Below, in pieces: positions 1 to 11,627 of a DNA stretch of 64,000 nucleotides. The translations under genes and the position numbers were made by a program. The notes under the pieces are model-generated. The model made no database searches. It saw nothing but the letters and a program-made list of their open reading frames with translations, and was not told where the DNA came from. Source of the DNA: an uncultured Chloroflexia bacterium (lineage in GTDB: Bacteria > Chloroflexota > Limnocylindria > Limnocylindrales > CSP1-4); assembly GCA_963813335.1 (NCBI GenBank), contig CAWEYL010000001.1, positions 512,001 to 576,000 on the forward strand, in the 5' to 3' direction. How positions within the stretch are numbered: the first letter of the stretch is position 1; each line of letters opens with the position of its first letter.

Positions 1-1192
1 CGGATCGCCGAGATCGAGCGGACGACCGACCACGACGTCATCGCGTTCGTCAGCCAGGTCGCGGAGACGGTCGGGCCGGAGGGGCGCTTCCTCCACCTCG
101 GGCTGACCAGCAGCGACGTCGTCGACACCGGTCTCGCGCTCCAGCTCCGGGCCGCCGGCGAGCGGCTCCTCGACGATGCGGACCGGCTCACCGCCGCGAT
201 CATCGTTCGCGCCCGGGCCGAGGCCGAGACGGTGATGATGGGCCGCACCCACTCGGTCCACGCCGAGCCGACGACGCTCGGCTTCAAGCTCGCCGGCTGG
301 GCCTTCGAGGTGGAGCGCGGGCGCACGCGCCTCGCGGCGGCGGTCGACGAGATCGGGACCGGCAAGATCTCCGGCCCGGTCGGGACGTACAGCCACCTCG
401 GCCCGGACGTCGAGGCAGAGGTGCTGGCCTCGCTGGGCCTCCATGTCGACCCGGTCAGCACCCAGATCGTCCAGCGCGACCGGCATGCGGCCCTGCTCGC
501 CGCGATCGCGATCCTCGGCGGCTCGCTCGAGCGCTTCGCGACCGAGATCCGCAACCTCCAGCACACCGAGATCGGCGAGCTCCAGGAGCCGTTCGCGGTC
601 GGCCAGAAGGGCTCGAGCGCGATGCCGCACAAGCGCAACCCGATCCTGTCCGAGCGGATCGCCGGGCTGGCGCGGCTCCTGCGCGGCTATGCCGGCACCG
701 CGTTCGAGGACCAGCCGCTCTGGCACGAGCGCGACATCAGCCACTCGAGCGCCGAGCGGGTCGATCCTGCCCGACGCGACGATCGTCCTCGACTACATGC
801 TCGTGCGGATGACCGGGCTGGTCGACGGGCTGCTCGTCCGCTCCGAGCGGATGCGCGAGAACATCGCCCGCGGGCTCGGGCTGCACGCGTCGTCGAAGGT
901 GCTGGTCACGCTCGTCGAGAGCGGGGGCCTCGCCCGCGAGGAGGCCTACGCGATCGTCCAGCGGGCCGCGCTACGTGCCGCGGACGAGCGGGCGCCGCTG
1001 CGCGACCTGCTGGCGGTGGACCCGGCCGTGGCGCAGCGCTTGTCGCTCACCCAGCTCGACGCCTGCTTCGATGACGCCTCGTTCCTGCGTCACGTCCCGG
1101 AGGTCATCGCCCGGCTCGACGGCCTCGAGGCGGCCCTGGCGGCGAGACGCAGCGCTGCGCCGCACCCCGCGACGGTGTCCGATGCTGGCTGA
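1..1192 (+). CDS. purB: Adenylosuccinate lyase (5' end outside window; one +1 frameshift at ~763)
   Basis: Frame 1 from base 1 ([16 protein letters not shown]), GRTH and [11 protein letters not shown] signatures, [13 protein letters not shown]; continues in the 443..1192 frame ([13 protein letters not shown]...). Confidence 0.95.
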
Positions 1193-2248
1193 CACGTTCC
1201 TCCGCTCCGGCAAGGTCCGTGACCTGTATCGGCTCGACGATGGCCGCATCCTGCTGGTCGCCTCGGACCGGATCAGCGCCTTCGACGTCGTCCTGCCCTC
1301 GACGATCCCCGACAAGGGCCGCGTGCTGACGGGCCTCTCGCGCTTCTGGTTCGCCGAGACCGAGTCGCATCGTCGCGAACCATCTCCTTGACACCGATCC
1401 GGCGGTGCTCGTCGACACGATCGGTCCACGCGTGGCCGCCGCCGGCGGGATCCGGCCGACCTCGGATCGGTCGAGCGACCTCCGCGGCCGGATCATGATC
1501 TGTCGCCCGGCCGCGGTGGTCCCGGTCGAGGCCGTCGTGCGCGGCTACCTCGCGGGCTCGGGCTGGAAGGAGTACCAGGCGAGCGGGACCGTCTGCGGGA
1601 TCGCGCTGCCGCCCGGGCTCCGCGAGAGCGACCGACTGCCCGGAGCCGATCTTCACGCCGGCGACGAAGGCCGAGGACGGCGAGCACGACCAGAACATCA
1701 GCTTCGACGAGATGATCGACCACATCGCCATCGCGCCCGGCGATCCCGGCGCCGGGGAGCTCGCCGAACGGATCCGCGACGAGGCCATCCGGCTCTATCG
1801 ATACGGTGCGGCCGTGGCCGAACGGCGCGGGATCCTCCTGGCCGACACCAAGTTCGAGTTCGGGTTGGCTCTCAGCGGCGATCCCGACGAACCGGTCGGA
1901 CCGGTGGAGGAGCGGATCGAGCGCCCACGTCCAGCCGGCCGCCGGCCGGACGTCTTCCCGCCCGGGACTCGCGCCAGCCACCTGCTCCTCATCGACGAGG
2001 TCATGACCCCCGATTCGTCGCGGTTCTGGGACGCCGCGACCTACGAGCCCGGCCGCCCGCAGGCCAGCTTCGACAAGCAGTTCGTGCGCGACTGGCTCGA
2101 GGCGCAGCCCTGGGACAAGACCGCGCCCGGGCCGGCCCTGCCCGCCGAGGTCGTGGCCGGCACGCGGGCGCGCTACGTCGAGGCCTACGAACGCATCACC
2201 GGCGCCAGCTTCGAGCGCTACCTCCAGGAGGATGTCATCGCCCCATGA
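1182..2248 (+). CDS. purC: SAICAR synthetase (frameshifts ~1370 and ~1642)
   Basis: [70 protein letters not shown] spread over three frames. Confidence 0.95.
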
Positions 2249-2529
2249 CCAGCTTCCGGTTCGCCGTCAACGTCCTGCCGAAGCCCGGCATCCTCGACCC
2301 GCAGGGCCGGGCGGTCGAGGGCAGCCTCGGCCACCTCGGGATCGAGGGCGTCAGCGCCGTGCGCGTCGGCCGGCGCGTCGAGCTGACGGTCGAGGCCGCG
2401 GACGCGGATGCGGCCCGCGCCGTCGTCGAGCGGCTCGCCTCGGAGCTGCTCTCGAACCCGCTCATCGAGGCGTACGCGATCGAAGCCCTCGGGGCGACCT
2501 CGTCGCTCGCCACGGCCGGGCGGGGCTGA
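2245..2529 (+). CDS. purS: FGAM synthase subunit PurS
   Basis: [24 protein letters not shown]...LLSNPLIE; ATGA overlap with purC stop. Confidence 0.95.
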   Translation: MTSFRFAVNVLPKPGILDPQGRAVEGSLGHLGIEGVSAVRVGRRVELTVEAADADAARAVVERLASELLSNPLIEAYAIEALGATSSLATAGRG

Positions 2530-2532
2530 GCG

Positions 2533-3273
2533 ATGGGCGTGCGGGTCGGCGTCGTCGTCTTCCCGGGCAGCAACTGCGATCGCGACACCGTCCATGCGCT
2601 CGAGCTGGCCGGCGCCGAGCCGGTCGTGCTGTGGCACGAGCAGGCATCGCTCGACGGCGTCGCCGCGGTCGTCCTGCCGGGCGGCTTCGCCTACGGCGAT
2701 TACCTGCGCGCCGGCGTCATCGCCCGCTTCAGCCCGGTCATGCGGGCCGTGACCGCGTTCGCCGATGCCGGCGGGCTGGTCCTCGGGATCTGCAACGGGT
2801 TCCAGGTGCTCGCCGAGGCCGACCTCGTGCCCGGCGCGCTCCTGCGCAACGCCTCGCTCCGCTTCGCCGGCCAGGAGGTGCGCATCGCGGCGCAGCGCGT
2901 CGACACGCGGTTCACCCACGCGCTCGAGGTCGGCCGGCCGCTGCGGATGCCCGTCGCGCACGGCGAGGGCTGCTACTTCGCCGACGACGCGACGCTCGAC
3001 GCGCTCGAGGCCGCCGACGGCGTGCTCTTCCGCTACGTCGACGCCGCGGGGACCGTCGCCGGCCCCGAGGACCCGGCCAACCCCAACGGCTCGCTGCGGG
3101 CGATCGCCGGGGTCGTCAACGCGGCCGGCAACGTCGCCGGGCTGATGCCCCACCCGGAGCGCGCCGCCGAGGCGATCCTCGGCTCCGACGACGGGGCCGG
3201 GATCATCCGCTCGCTGGTCGAGAGCGCCGCGCTCGCGGCGAACGGCGACCTGGTCGCGGTCGGCGGGCGATGA
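2533..3273 (+). CDS. purQ: FGAM synthase glutaminase subunit PurQ
   Basis: [35 protein letters not shown] motifs. Confidence 0.97.
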   Translation: MGVRVGVVVFPGSNCDRDTVHALELAGAEPVVLWHEQASLDGVAAVVLPGGFAYGDYLRAGVIARFSPVMRAVTAFADAGGLVLGICNGFQVLAEADLVPGALLRNASLRFAGQEVRIAAQRVDTRFTHALEVGRPLRMPVAHGEGCYFADDATLDALEAADGVLFRYVDAAGTVAGPEDPANPNGSLRAIAGVVNAAGNVAGLMPHPERAAEAILGSDDGAGIIRSLVESAALAANGDLVAVGGR

Positions 3274-5593
3274 CCGTCACGGAGCGCGCGGTCGAGCCGC
3301 TCCACCGGCGTCTCGGCGTGACCGACGAGGAGCTCGCCGCGATCCGCGACCGCCTCGGCGGGCGCGATCCCAACGACCTCGAGCTCGCGATGTTCAGCGT
3401 CATGTGGAGCGAGCACTGCTCGTACAAGAGCTCGAAGCCGCTCCTGCGGACGCTCCCGACCGCGGGTGAGGGCGTCGTCGCCGGTCCGGGCGAGAACGCC
3501 GGCGTGATCTCGATCGGCGACGGGCTGGCCGTCGCGTTCAAGATCGAGTCGCACAACCATCCCAGCGCGGTCGAGCCGTACCAGGGCGCCGCGACCGGGG
3601 TCGGCGGCATCCTGCGCGACATCTTCACGATGGGCGCCCGGCCGATCGCGGTCCTCGACGCGCTCCGCTTCGGCGATCCGGCCGACGCCCGGACGCGGCA
3701 CCTCGTCGACGGCGTCGTGCGCGGCGTCGGCGGCTACGGCAACTGCGTCGGCGTGCCGACGGTCGGCGGCGAGCTGGTCTTCGACCCGACCTACGCCGGG
3801 AACCCGCTCGTCAACGTCATGGCCATCGGCCTGCTGGAGGAGCGGCTGCTGACGCTCGCGGCCGCGCCCGGCCCGGGCAACCTGGTCGTCCTGTTCGGGT
3901 CGGCGACCGGCCGCGACGGGATCGGCGGCGCGTCGGTCCTCGCCAGCGCCACGTTCACCGACGATGACCCGTCCAAGCGCCCCAGTCGGTCCAGGTCGGC
4001 GACCCGTTCGCCGAGAAGCTGCTGATCGAGGCCAGCCTCGAGCTCATCGAGCGCGGCCTCGTCGAGGGCCTCCAGGACCTCGGCGCCGGCGGCATCACCT
4101 GCGCCACCTCGGAGACCGCCGACCGCGGCGGGACCGGGATGCTCGTCGACCTCGACGCGATCCCGCGCCGGGAGCCCGGCCTCGAGCCGTTCGAGGTGAT
4201 GATCTCGGAGTCGCAGGAGCGGATGTGCGCGGCGGTCCTGCCCGCCAAGTGGGACGAGGTCCGCGAGGTCTGCACCCGCTGGGGCCTGCCGGTCGCGATC
4301 ATCGGGCGGGTGACCGCCGACGGCGACATCGCGATCGTCGAGGGCGGCCTGGACGCGGACGGCCGACCGAACCCGGGCGCCCGCGAGATCGCCCGCATCC
4401 CGGCCAGCGCCCTGACCAGCGACGCGATCGTCCACGAGCGCGTCGCGATGCGGCCGACCCACCAGCGGGCGGCCCCGGCACCCGGCGCGCCGATCGAGCC
4501 GGTCGACCGGCTGCCCGAGCGCGGCATGGACCCCGGCGCCGTGCTGCTGGCGCTGCTCGGGTCGGCCAACCTCGCGTCGCGCCACGCGGTCTTCCACCAG
4601 TACGACTCGACCGTCGGCGCGGACACCGTCGCGGGACCGGGCCGCGGCGCCGCGGTCCTGCGGGTCAAGGGGACGACCAAGGCGCTCGTCGCCACGACCG
4701 ACGGCAACCACGGCGTCGGTGTGGTCGATCCGTGGCTCGGCGCCGCGCTGTCCGTCGCCGAGGCGACCCGCAACGTCTCGATCACGGGCGCCCGCCCGCT
4801 CGGCGTCACGAACTGCCTCAACTACGGCGACCCGACCCGGCCGGAGGCCTTCTGGCAGCTGACCGAGGGCGTCCGCGGCGCTCGGCGACGCCTGCCGCGC
4901 GCTCGGCCTGCCGGTCACCGGCGGCAACGTCTCGCTCTACAACGAATCGCCGACCGGCTCCATCGCGCCGACGCCCGAGATCGGGGTCGTCGGGCTGCTC
5001 GACGACGTCGCCTCGCTCGTCGGGCCGGCCTTCGCGAAGGCGCACGACGCGATCCTCCTCGTCGGCGAGGCGACCCGGGCCTGGCCGGCTCCGCGTACGC
5101 CTCCTCGCGGGCGCCGCCGAGGACGACCCGCCGGCCCTCGACCTCGGCCGCGAGGCGGCGCTCCAGGCGTTCATCCGCGAGGCGATCGCGCGCGGCCTCG
5201 TCGCCTCGGCCCAGGACGTCTCCGGCGGCGGCCTCGCCGTCGCGCTCGCCGAGGGCGCGATCTGGGGCGGCCTCGGCGCGGCGACCCGCGTCGCGGTCGC
5301 GCACTCGCCGGCGGTCGACCTCTTCGGCGAGAGCCCGTCGCGCCTCGTCGTCACCTGCCGCCCCCGGTTCGCGCCGGCGCTCGAGCTGCTCGCCCGCCAG
5401 CACGGCCTCCCGGTCGAGATCGATCGGGACGGTCGGCGGCGACCGGCTCGTCATCGAGCTCGCCGGGACCGGCGCCACCGGCGCGGCCGAGGAGCGCGGC
5501 AGCCGGGTCGCCGATGCGCTGGAGGTCCCGCTCGCCGACCTCCGTCATGCCTGGGAGCACGGCCTCGCCCGCGCCCTCGGCTGGGAGGGCTGA
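3270..5593 (+). CDS. purL: FGAM synthase large subunit PurL (several frameshifts ~3985, 4880, 5075-5105, 5420)
   Basis: [71 protein letters not shown] motifs. Confidence 0.95.
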
Positions 5594-5597
5594 CCCG

Positions 5598-7069
5598 ATG
5601 TGCGGCGTGTTCGGGGCGGTCGTGCCGCGCGATGCCGAGCCGACCGATGCGGCCGCGATCGCGACGCTCGGGCTGTTCGCGCTCCAGCACCGCGGCCAGG
5701 AGTCGGCCGGCATCGCGGTCAGCGACGGCGACCAGCTGATGCTCTACAAGGACCTCGGGATGATCAGCACGGTGCTCGACGAGCGCCGGCTGCCGAGCCT
5801 GCGCGGCGGCCTCGCGATCGCCCACTGCCGCTACTCGACGACCGGCTCGACGATCTGGGAGAACGCCCAGCCCACCTACCGACGCGGGCCCGCGGCGGGC
5901 GATCGCCATCGGCCACAACGGGAACCTCGTCAACACCCGCGACCTGCTCGACCCAGCTCGAGGGCGGCCGCGCCCGGCTCCCCGCCTCGACCGACACGGA
6001 GCTGCTGACGGCGCTGCTCGCCGACGAGCCCGCCGCGGACACGGTCGAGGCGCTGGTCCAGGTCCTGCCGCGGGTCCGCGGCGCCTTCAGCCTCGTCGTC
6101 CTCGACGAGCGGCGGGTCATCGGCGTGCGCGACCCGCACGGGTTCCGGCCGCTCGTCCTCGGCAAGCTGCCGCGGCCGCCGCGCCCGGGCGGTCCGGACG
6201 ACGGCCTGTGGAGCGACGACGACGCGTCGGCCGGCTGGTGCCTCTCGTCGGAGACGGCCGCACTCGACATCGTCGGTGCCGAGTACGTCCGCGACGTGGA
6301 GCCCGGCGAGATCGTCGATCCTCGAGCCGGGGCACGCCCCGCGCTCGGTCCGCTACGCCGCGGCGACGCCGACGCTGTGCGTGTTCGAGCTCATCTACTT
6401 CGCCCGCCCGGATTCGTACATGGAGGGCCGCAACCTGTACGAGGTCCGCCGGCGGATGGGCGATGCAGCTGGCCATCGAGCACCCGGTCGAGGCGGACCT
6501 GGTCATGCCGGTCCCCGACACCGGCGCCCCGGCCGCCGCCGGGTTCGCGGAGGCGTCCGGGCAGCCGTACCGCGAGGGGATGTACCGGAACCGGTACGCC
6601 GGGCGGACCTTCATCCAGCCGTCGCAGGGGCTGCGCCACCGCGGCGTGACGATCAAGCTCAACCCGCTCCGCGAGGTCGTCAACGGGAAGCGGCTGATCG
6701 TGGTCGACGACTCGATCGTGCGCGGGACGACCACCAAGCGGATCGTCGAGCTGCTGCGCAAGGCGGGCGCGACCGAGGTCCACGTCCGCATCAGCGCGCC
6801 GCCGATCTACCACCCGTGCTTCTACGGCATCGACACCTCCATCGAGACCGAGCTCATCGCGGCGACCCACGACGAGGGCCAGATCCGCGAGTTCATCGGC
6901 GCCGATTCGCTGGGCTACCTCTCGATCCGCGGCGTCCTCGCGGCGCTCGACCTGCCCGTACGAGCGGTTCTGCTTCGCCTGCTTCGACGGCAACTACCCC
7001 GAGCCCGTGCCGTACGACGCCGCGAGCCGCAAGTTCATGCTCGAGGAGCCCGTGATCGCCGGTGGGTAG
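5598..7069 (+). CDS. purF: Amidophosphoribosyltransferase (frameshifts ~5883, 5952, 6317, 6462, 6958)
   Basis: N-terminal [63 protein letters not shown]. Confidence 0.95.
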
Positions 7070-8219
7070 CGATAAGGGCGGCGCGGGGGCGCGCGCCGCG
7101 TACCGCGCGGCCGGCGTCGACGTCGCCGGCGGCGAGCGGGCGGTCGAGCTCATGCGCGCCCACGTCGAATCGACGCGGCGGCCGGAGGTCGTCGGCGGCC
7201 TCGGCGGGTTCGGCGGCGCCTTCTCGATCCCGCCGGGCTACCGCGAGCCGCTGCTCATCGCCTCGACGGACGGCGTCGGGACCAAGACCGCGATCGCGAC
7301 GGCCGTCGGCCGGTTCGACACCATCGGCATCGACCTCGTGGCGATGTGCGCCGACGACGTCGTGTGCACGGGCGCCGAGCCGCTGGCGTTCCTCGACTAC
7401 GTGGCCGTCGGGCAGCTCGACCCAGTCGCCGTGGCGGAGCTGGTCGGCGGCGTGGCCGCCGGCTGCCGCGACGCCGGCTGCGCGCTGGTCGGCGGCGAGA
7501 CCGCGGAGCACCCGGGGCTGTTGCCGGCAGACGCGTTCGACCTGGCCGCCACCTGCATCGGGGTCGTGGAGCGCTCGCGCGTGATCGACGGCTCGGCGGC
7601 GAGGGTCGGCGACGTCATCCTGGGCCTGGCGGCTTCCGGGCTCCATTCGAACGGCTATTCGCTGGTCCGGGCACTCGTGGCCCAATGGGGCCTCGACCTC
7701 GGCGCGCCCTACCAGGCGCGCCTGCGCCGGACGCTCGGCGATGCCCCGGCGGAGGCGGCGATCGCCGCCGCGCCGCACGAAGCGATGGCGACCCTCGGCG
7801 AAGTGCTGCTGACCCCGACGCGGATCTACGCGCGGGCCGTGCTCGCGGCCCGCGAGGCGCTCGTCGCGGACGGCGCCGACATCCACGGTCTCGCCCACGT
7901 CACCGGCGGCGGCCTGCCCGGGAATGTGCCGCGCGCGCTGGCGATCGGGCTGGCCGCCCGACTGGATCCGTCCCGCTGGGCGACGCCCTCGGTCATGCGG
8001 CTGTTCGCGGCGCTGGGCGGGCTCGACGACGACGAGCTCCGGGCGACCTTCAACGGCGGCCTCGGCATGGTCATGGTCGTGCCGCCGGCGGCGGCGGCCG
8101 CAGCCATCGCCGCCCTGGCGGGACAGGGGATCCCGGCCAGCGTCGTCGGCGAGGTCGTGGACGCGGCGTCGACCGGCGGCGCGCGCTACGTCGAAGGGCC
8201 CCTGGAGGCGCTCGGGTGA
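7062..8219 (+). CDS. purM: AIR synthetase
   Basis: [40 protein letters not shown] motifs. Confidence 0.96.
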   Translation: MGSDKGGAGARAAYRAAGVDVAGGERAVELMRAHVESTRRPEVVGGLGGFGGAFSIPPGYREPLLIASTDGVGTKTAIATAVGRFDTIGIDLVAMCADDVVCTGAEPLAFLDYVAVGQLDPVAVAELVGGVAAGCRDAGCALVGGETAEHPGLLPADAFDLAATCIGVVERSRVIDGSAARVGDVILGLAASGLHSNGYSLVRALVAQWGLDLGAPYQARLRRTLGDAPAEAAIAAAPHEAMATLGEVLLTPTRIYARAVLAAREALVADGADIHGLAHVTGGGLPGNVPRALAIGLAARLDPSRWATPSVMRLFAALGGLDDDELRATFNGGLGMVMVVPPAAAAAAIAALAGQGIPASVVGEVVDAASTGGARYVEGPLEALG

Positions 8220-10460
8220 GCGGCCGGATCGCCGTCGGCGTGTCGGGTGCCGGCTCGAACCTGCGCGCGCTCCACGCCGCCGCGACCCGCGGCGAGCTCG
8301 GCGGTGACATCGTGCTCGTGTTCGCCGACCGCGCCTGCCCGGCCCTCGACTGGGCGGCGGAGCAGGGGATCGAGACTGCGCTCGTGCCCGGGGGCGACGA
8401 CGCGACGCTCGCCGCGACCCTCGCCGATGCGGCGCCGGACGTCGTGGTCCTCGCCGGGTACATGCGCATCGTCGGCCCCGCCGTGCTGGCGGCCTTCGCG
8501 GGCCGGATCCTCAACACGCACCCGAGCCTGCTGCCGGCGTTCCCCGGCGCCCACGCGGTCCGCGACGCGCTGGCCTACGGCGTGACGATGACGGGCTCCA
8601 CGGTCCACCTCGTCGACGAGACCCTCGACGGCGGCCCGGTGGTCGCCCAGGACGCGGTCGCGGTGCTGCCCGGCGACGACGCCGAGAGCCTCCACGCCCG
8701 GATCCGCGCGGCGGAGCATCGCTTGCTGCCGCGCGCGGTGGCGCTGCTCCTGGCCGACGCGCTCAGCGTCGACGCCGACGGCCGCCATGTCCGCCTCGAC
8801 CTCGAGCGTGCCGACGCCGCCGTCCCGGTGCCGCGCCGCGCGCTCCTGTCGGTCTACGACAAGACCGGCCTCGTCGACCTCGGCCGCGGCCTCGTCGCCC
8901 GCGGATTCGAGCTCGTCTCCACCGGCGGCACGGCACGGACACTCCGCGACGCCGGGCTGCCCGTCTCCGACGTCGGCGCGGTCACCGGCTTCCCCGAGAT
9001 GCTCGACGGCCGGGTCAAGACGCTCCACCCGCGGGTCCACGGCGGGCTGCTCGCCGACCGGCGGCTGGCCGACCACCGCCGGCAGATCCTCGCCGCGGCG
9101 ATCGCCCCGTTCGACCTGGTCGTCTCGAACCTCTATCCGTTCGCCGCCGCGCTCGAGCGGCCGGGGATCACCATCGACGGGCTGATCGAGGAGATCGACA
9201 TCGGCGGGCCGTCGATGGTGCGGGCCGCGGCCAAGAACCACGCCAGCGTCGCGATCGTCACCGATCCCGCGCGCTACGACGCGATCCTCGCCGCCCTCGA
9301 CACGCCCGAGGGCATCGATGCCGCCCTGCGGCGCGCGCTCGCGCTCGAGGCGTTCGCCCACACCGCGGCCTACGACGCCCGCATCGCCGCCGAGTTGCCC
9401 GGTCGCATGGCGGCCGCCGGCCTCGCGCTGCCCGACGAGCCGGGCCTGCCGGGCGCCAGCGACCCGTACCCCGCGCGGCTGACCGTGCCGCTCGAGAAGG
9501 TCGAGACGCTCCGCTACGGCGAGAACCCGCACCAGCCCGCGGCGCGGTACCGGCGTCCCGGCACGACGGCCGCGGACGGCCCGTTCGGCGAGGAGCGCGC
9601 GCCGCTGCAGGGCAAGACCCTCTCGTACAACAACGTGCTGGACGCGGCTGCGGCGGCCGCCCTCGGGCGGGCGCTGCGCGGCCCGGGCGTGGTCATCGTC
9701 AAGCACACCAACCCGTGCGGCGCTGCCGAGCGGGCGACGCTCCTCGAGGCGTGGGAGGCCGCCCTCGAGGCCGACCCGGTCAGCGCGTTCGGTGGGGTCG
9801 TCGCCCTGACCCGCCCGGTCGAGCGGGCCGTCGCCGAGCGGCTCGTCTCGATCTTCCTCGAGATCGTGGTCGCGCCGGCCTTCGACACCGCCGCCCTCGA
9901 GGTGCTGGCCACCAAGCCGAACCTGCGCGTGCTCCTCGACCCGGCCCTCGCCTCGGACGAGCCCGTGCCGGCCGAGGCCGCCACGCCGACCGGCTCGATC
10001 CGGACGGCGGGCGGCGCGGTCCTCGTCACCGCGCCCGACATCGTCAGCGACCTCCCGGGCGTGTGGACCTGCGCGACCCGGCGTGACCCCGACCGATGCC
10101 GAGCAGCTCGACCTCGACCTCGCCTGGCGGCTGGTCCGTGGCGTGACCTCGAACGCGATCGCGCTGGTGAAGGACCGCCGGCTGGTGGGGATGGGGAGCG
10201 GCCAGACCTCGCGCGTCGACGCGGCACGGCAGGCCGTGGCCAAGGCCCAGGCGATGCTCGGCCCGGAGTCGACGGTCGGCGCGGCCTGCGGCTCGGACGC
10301 GTTCTTCCCGTTCCCGGACGCCGTCGAGGCCTGTCTCGCCGCCGGGGTGACGGCCTTCGCCCAGCCCGGCGGCTCGATGCGCGACGCCGAGGCGGTCGCC
10401 GTGGTCGATGCCGCCGGGGGCACGATGCTGCTCACCGGCACGCGCCACTTCCGGCACTGA
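8216..10460 (+). CDS. purH: Fused GAR transformylase (PurN) + IMP cyclohydrolase/AICAR transformylase (PurH); one frameshift ~10085
   Basis: GTGA-overlap start; SGAGSNL, LAGYMRI, NTHPSLLP, LDGGP (PurN) run in frame into RALLSVYDKTG, GRVKTLHP, IDIGGPSM, LRYGENPHQ, KHTNPCG, SDAFFPF, GTRHFRH (PurH). Confidence 0.92.
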
Positions 10461-10520
10461 CGAAGGGCTTGTGAGGGCGGTCCGGCCGCACTACGATCGG
10501 TCGACCTAGCGGAGGTCACG

Positions 10521-10967
10521 GTGGACCGGTCCAACGAGGAGGTCGTGCGCGAGTACGCCGCGGCGGCGGCCGCCAACGACCTGGCGACCCTGACGCGTCT
10601 CCGCCATCCCGAGTGGATGACCACGTGGCCGCAGTCCGGCGAGCGGGTCGTCGGCAGCGACGCCTTCGCCGCGGTCGTCGCCGGGTATCCGGGCGGCAAG
10701 CCGACGACGGTCGTGGACCGCGTCGTCGGGGCAGAGGACCGCTGGGTCGTCACGCCCGGCAACACCGTCGTGCGCGTCTCGGGCAGCGGCGACCACTGGT
10801 GGGGCGCCTGGGTGATGACCTACCCGGACGGCGTCGTCTACCACTGCATCGACCTGATCGAGCTGCGCGATGGCCTGGTCCGGCGGGAGACCGTCTTCTG
10901 GGCGCCGCCGTTCGAGGCCCCCGACTGGCGGGCACCGTTCGTCGAACGGAGCGATGTGGGCGCCTGA
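10521..10967 (+). CDS. SnoaL/NTF2-like family protein
   Basis: GGAGG SD before GTG; WPQSGER motif and IELRDGLVRRETVFWAPPF typical of SnoaL-like proteins. Confidence 0.75.
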   Translation: MDRSNEEVVREYAAAAAANDLATLTRLRHPEWMTTWPQSGERVVGSDAFAAVVAGYPGGKPTTVVDRVVGAEDRWVVTPGNTVVRVSGSGDHWWGAWVMTYPDGVVYHCIDLIELRDGLVRRETVFWAPPFEAPDWRAPFVERSDVGA

Positions 10968-10984
10968 ACGGTCCCGGTAGACAC

Positions 10985-11036
10985 CAAAGATTATTTTGCA
11001 AAGGTACTTGTGCAAAGAAGTCTTTGCTGTTAGGAT
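10985..11036 (+). promoter_or_regulatory. Three tandem 14-bp CAAAG-N4-CTTTG operator palindromes plus TAGGAT -10 of the leaderless ArsR-family gene
   Basis: caaagattattttg (10985), caaaggtacttgtg (10999), caaagaagtctttg (11013); TAGGAT 11031-11036, ATG 6 nt later. Confidence 0.75.
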
Positions 11037-11042
11037 GCGCCC

Positions 11043-11627
11043 ATGGACGCATGGGATCGCACCAGGGTCACCGAGGTCGAGGCGCTGCGCGCCATCGCCC
11101 ACCCGCTCCGGGCGCGGCTGCTCGGGGCGCTGCGCCACGACGGCCCGGCGACGGCGACCGAGCTCGCCGGGCGCTTCGGCGAATCGAGCGGCTCGACGAG
11201 CTACCACCTGCGCCAGCTCGAGCGCTACGGCTTTATCGTGGAGGACGAGGAGCAGCGCTCGAAGCGCGAGCGCCGCTGGCGGGCCGCGGCCAAGTTCACC
11301 TCCTGGGACGACGCCGACTTCGTGGACCAGCCGGAGGGCCGCGAGGCGTCGGACGCGATGCACGACCTGCAGGTCCACTGGCAGCTCCGCCGCGACCAGC
11401 AGTGGCGCTCGCGCCGTCTCGACTGGGACCGCGCGTGGCTCGGGGCCGCCGGGACCAGTGATGTCGAAGTCCGGCTGACGCCCGAGGCGACCCGCCGCTT
11501 CTTCGAGCGGTTCCTCGAGCTGGCGCGTGAGGCCGAGGCAGAGACCGAGGCGCAGGGCGACGAAGGCGCCGCGATCGTGTCGATCACCTTGCAGGCCGTG
11601 CCCGTCCACCCGGACGACCTCGTCTGA
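11043..11627 (+). CDS. ArsR-like winged-helix transcriptional regulator
   Basis: ALRAIAHPLRARLL...GPATATELA...STSYHLRQLERYGFI. Confidence 0.88.
   Translation: MDAWDRTRVTEVEALRAIAHPLRARLLGALRHDGPATATELAGRFGESSGSTSYHLRQLERYGFIVEDEEQRSKRERRWRAAAKFTSWDDADFVDQPEGREASDAMHDLQVHWQLRRDQQWRSRRLDWDRAWLGAAGTSDVEVRLTPEATRRFFERFLELAREAEAETEAQGDEGAAIVSITLQAVPVHPDDLV

Noticed and set aside
1405-2529. Apparent PurC-PurS fusion in the ORF track
   Set aside because: Caused by the purC frameshift; purC has its own stop at 2248 and purS its own ATG at 2245.
1-10460. Pseudogenised purine operon or programmed frameshifting
   Set aside because: Catalytic motifs are intact, there are no premature stops once frames are joined and no slippery heptamers, and the breaks fit a synonymous-doublet consensus artefact.
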